A stretch of DNA of 61,700 nucleotides, counting the filler, from Nemertoderma westbladi (Eukaryota; Animalia; Xenacoelomorpha), in assembly GCA_032718475.1 (NCBI GenBank). It is 3 parts of 3 records of this genome, joined end to end, with 100 filler letters (N's around TTAATTAATTAA, not from the genome) between each part and the next. Parts side by side here need not be neighbours in the genome. Positions count along the whole stretch, not along the records: positions 52,210 to 61,700 come from JAUCBJ010004941.1; 2 more parts are not named here. The stretch is one strand, 5' to 3'. This document shows, in pieces, positions 60,165-61,700 of this stretch. The stretch's first letter is position 1. The number at the start of each line of letters is the position of its first letter. Below the pieces are notes generated by a model. That model was given only the letters and a program-made list of their open reading frames with translations, was not told the DNA's origin and ran no database searches. Made by a program: the position numbers and the translations under genes.

Positions 60165-61700
60165 TATTAATATTTGTTAATTAAATAGTTAATAGTTAGG
60201 CAAATTATAAACATACCTATAAATTATATAAGTAAAAATTACTTTGCCTTTGAATTAAAATAATTAAATTATTTTATTTGCTTTCGCTTAAATTGTCTCT
60301 GAATCTGGAGCTATTAACTACAAGTATACCAACTCGTTGAAGGTTTATAAACTTGGTACTTTTTACAGATTTGTAAAAATTTATGTAATTTTGTTTTACG
60401 CTCTATTAGGTGAAACTTTATATATATTATTTCAGTGATAGTATATTACAATTTGGTTGTATTTACTGTACCATCCGAGTTTATAAGTTAAAAAGTTAAA
60501 ATAAAAAAATTACAACAACGAAAAATATATATTTCACAGAATTTTAATTGATTCTTTAGTAGAAATTGAACTTGAAATTAATATATTTCTTGATTTTTGA
60601 AAGTCATTTATAATTGTAGTAGGCCTAACATATCCGACAGTCATTCCATATAATTTATATTACTCATCACCACTAATCATACATGTTTGTTTTATAAGCG
60701 GTTATGTAAACATACATTTGTTGGGCGGCGTACAAACACATGACTTAGTCGCGCTGTTTCTATTTGGAGTTCAAAGTATTTGTTCAATATTATCACTAAT
60801 CGGTCTATAGACAACGAACTGATAAGATTCTATGTAAATGCGGCGGCGTTTTAATGAAATATTAAGGAAAATTTGTACCGGAAATATAATAATTATTGAA
60901 TACTGTAGTTAGTGATTACAGATAGAAAACCGAAACTCAACGCATTTTATTGTACCGGATTTAGATAAGTCATCATTTCCAGCGAGACATATTATTAACA
61001 TATATAGAGAATATATTTTTCGTTTTTTATCGAACTTTGTAAAAGTAATTTTATTGCATTCATAATAAAATCACACACGGGGTGTTACCAACCTACTGTA
61101 AGTACCCCCACAGAATAACTACAGGGGAATGACATATGAACATTTATTAAACAAACAAATTGATGGACGAATTTAAAATGTTGTACCGAGGTATCATCGG
61201 CTAAATAAGTAGAACTCAATAATATCGAGAGAGTAAGACACACACCACACCACACAGTCAGCATTAAATAATTATCAATGCTTGGAAATCACCTCATATA
61301 TCTGAAATATTTATCGCAATTTATTTAATTAATTCAATATTTATGTATTTTTCTTAAAATTTTCCTAACGATAAGTTATATCATTATAATGTTATTAAAT
61401 TAATAAATCTGAATTTATAATTTTATTGAAAAATTAAATCATTAATTATGTAGAAATAATGAAAAGTTTCAATTGCAATGATAAAATACAACAGTAGATA
61501 ATAGTATATACTATACTATACTGTGTATAGGAATAAAAAAGTGTTAGAAATTCATTTATATATACTGTAAATACCAATTACTGAATAAAAACCCGCTGTT
61601 TTAGTGTTGTTAGAAAAAATGTATTTACACGATCAACGTCTGTGGCAACTAATATACTGTAATTAGTTGGGTAATTCTTTCCCACAATAAATACTGTTTA

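Overview
AT-rich, repeat-dense animal-like (probably invertebrate) genomic DNA. The window is three contigs joined by artificial N-TTAATTAATTAA-N linkers (21184-21283 and 52110-52209), so adjacency across those joins means nothing. Host genes: an AGC-group Ser/Thr kinase whose 5' part is interrupted by a TIR element that could be spliced out in frame; an intact single-ORF CWH43/PGAP2IP gene plus a truncated 5' duplicate; and a mucin-like type I membrane protein. The rest is minisatellites, RTE-like LINE fragments, MITEs, a CRE-like fragment and BEL/Pao LTR retrotransposons. The standout is a 13.9-kb, near full-length BEL/Pao element (30977-44875, minus strand). In the env position it carries an accessory ORF with a DEDDy (WRN/RNase D-like) 3'-5' exonuclease followed by CCHC zinc knuckles. 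It also lacks a canonical tRNA primer-binding site and instead shows a 9-nt LTR/leader complementarity with Tf1-like self-priming geometry. A second LTR family (two copies) carries a different, unrecognised ORF of about 800 codons in the same position. All family assignments come from motifs read by eye, not from database searches.
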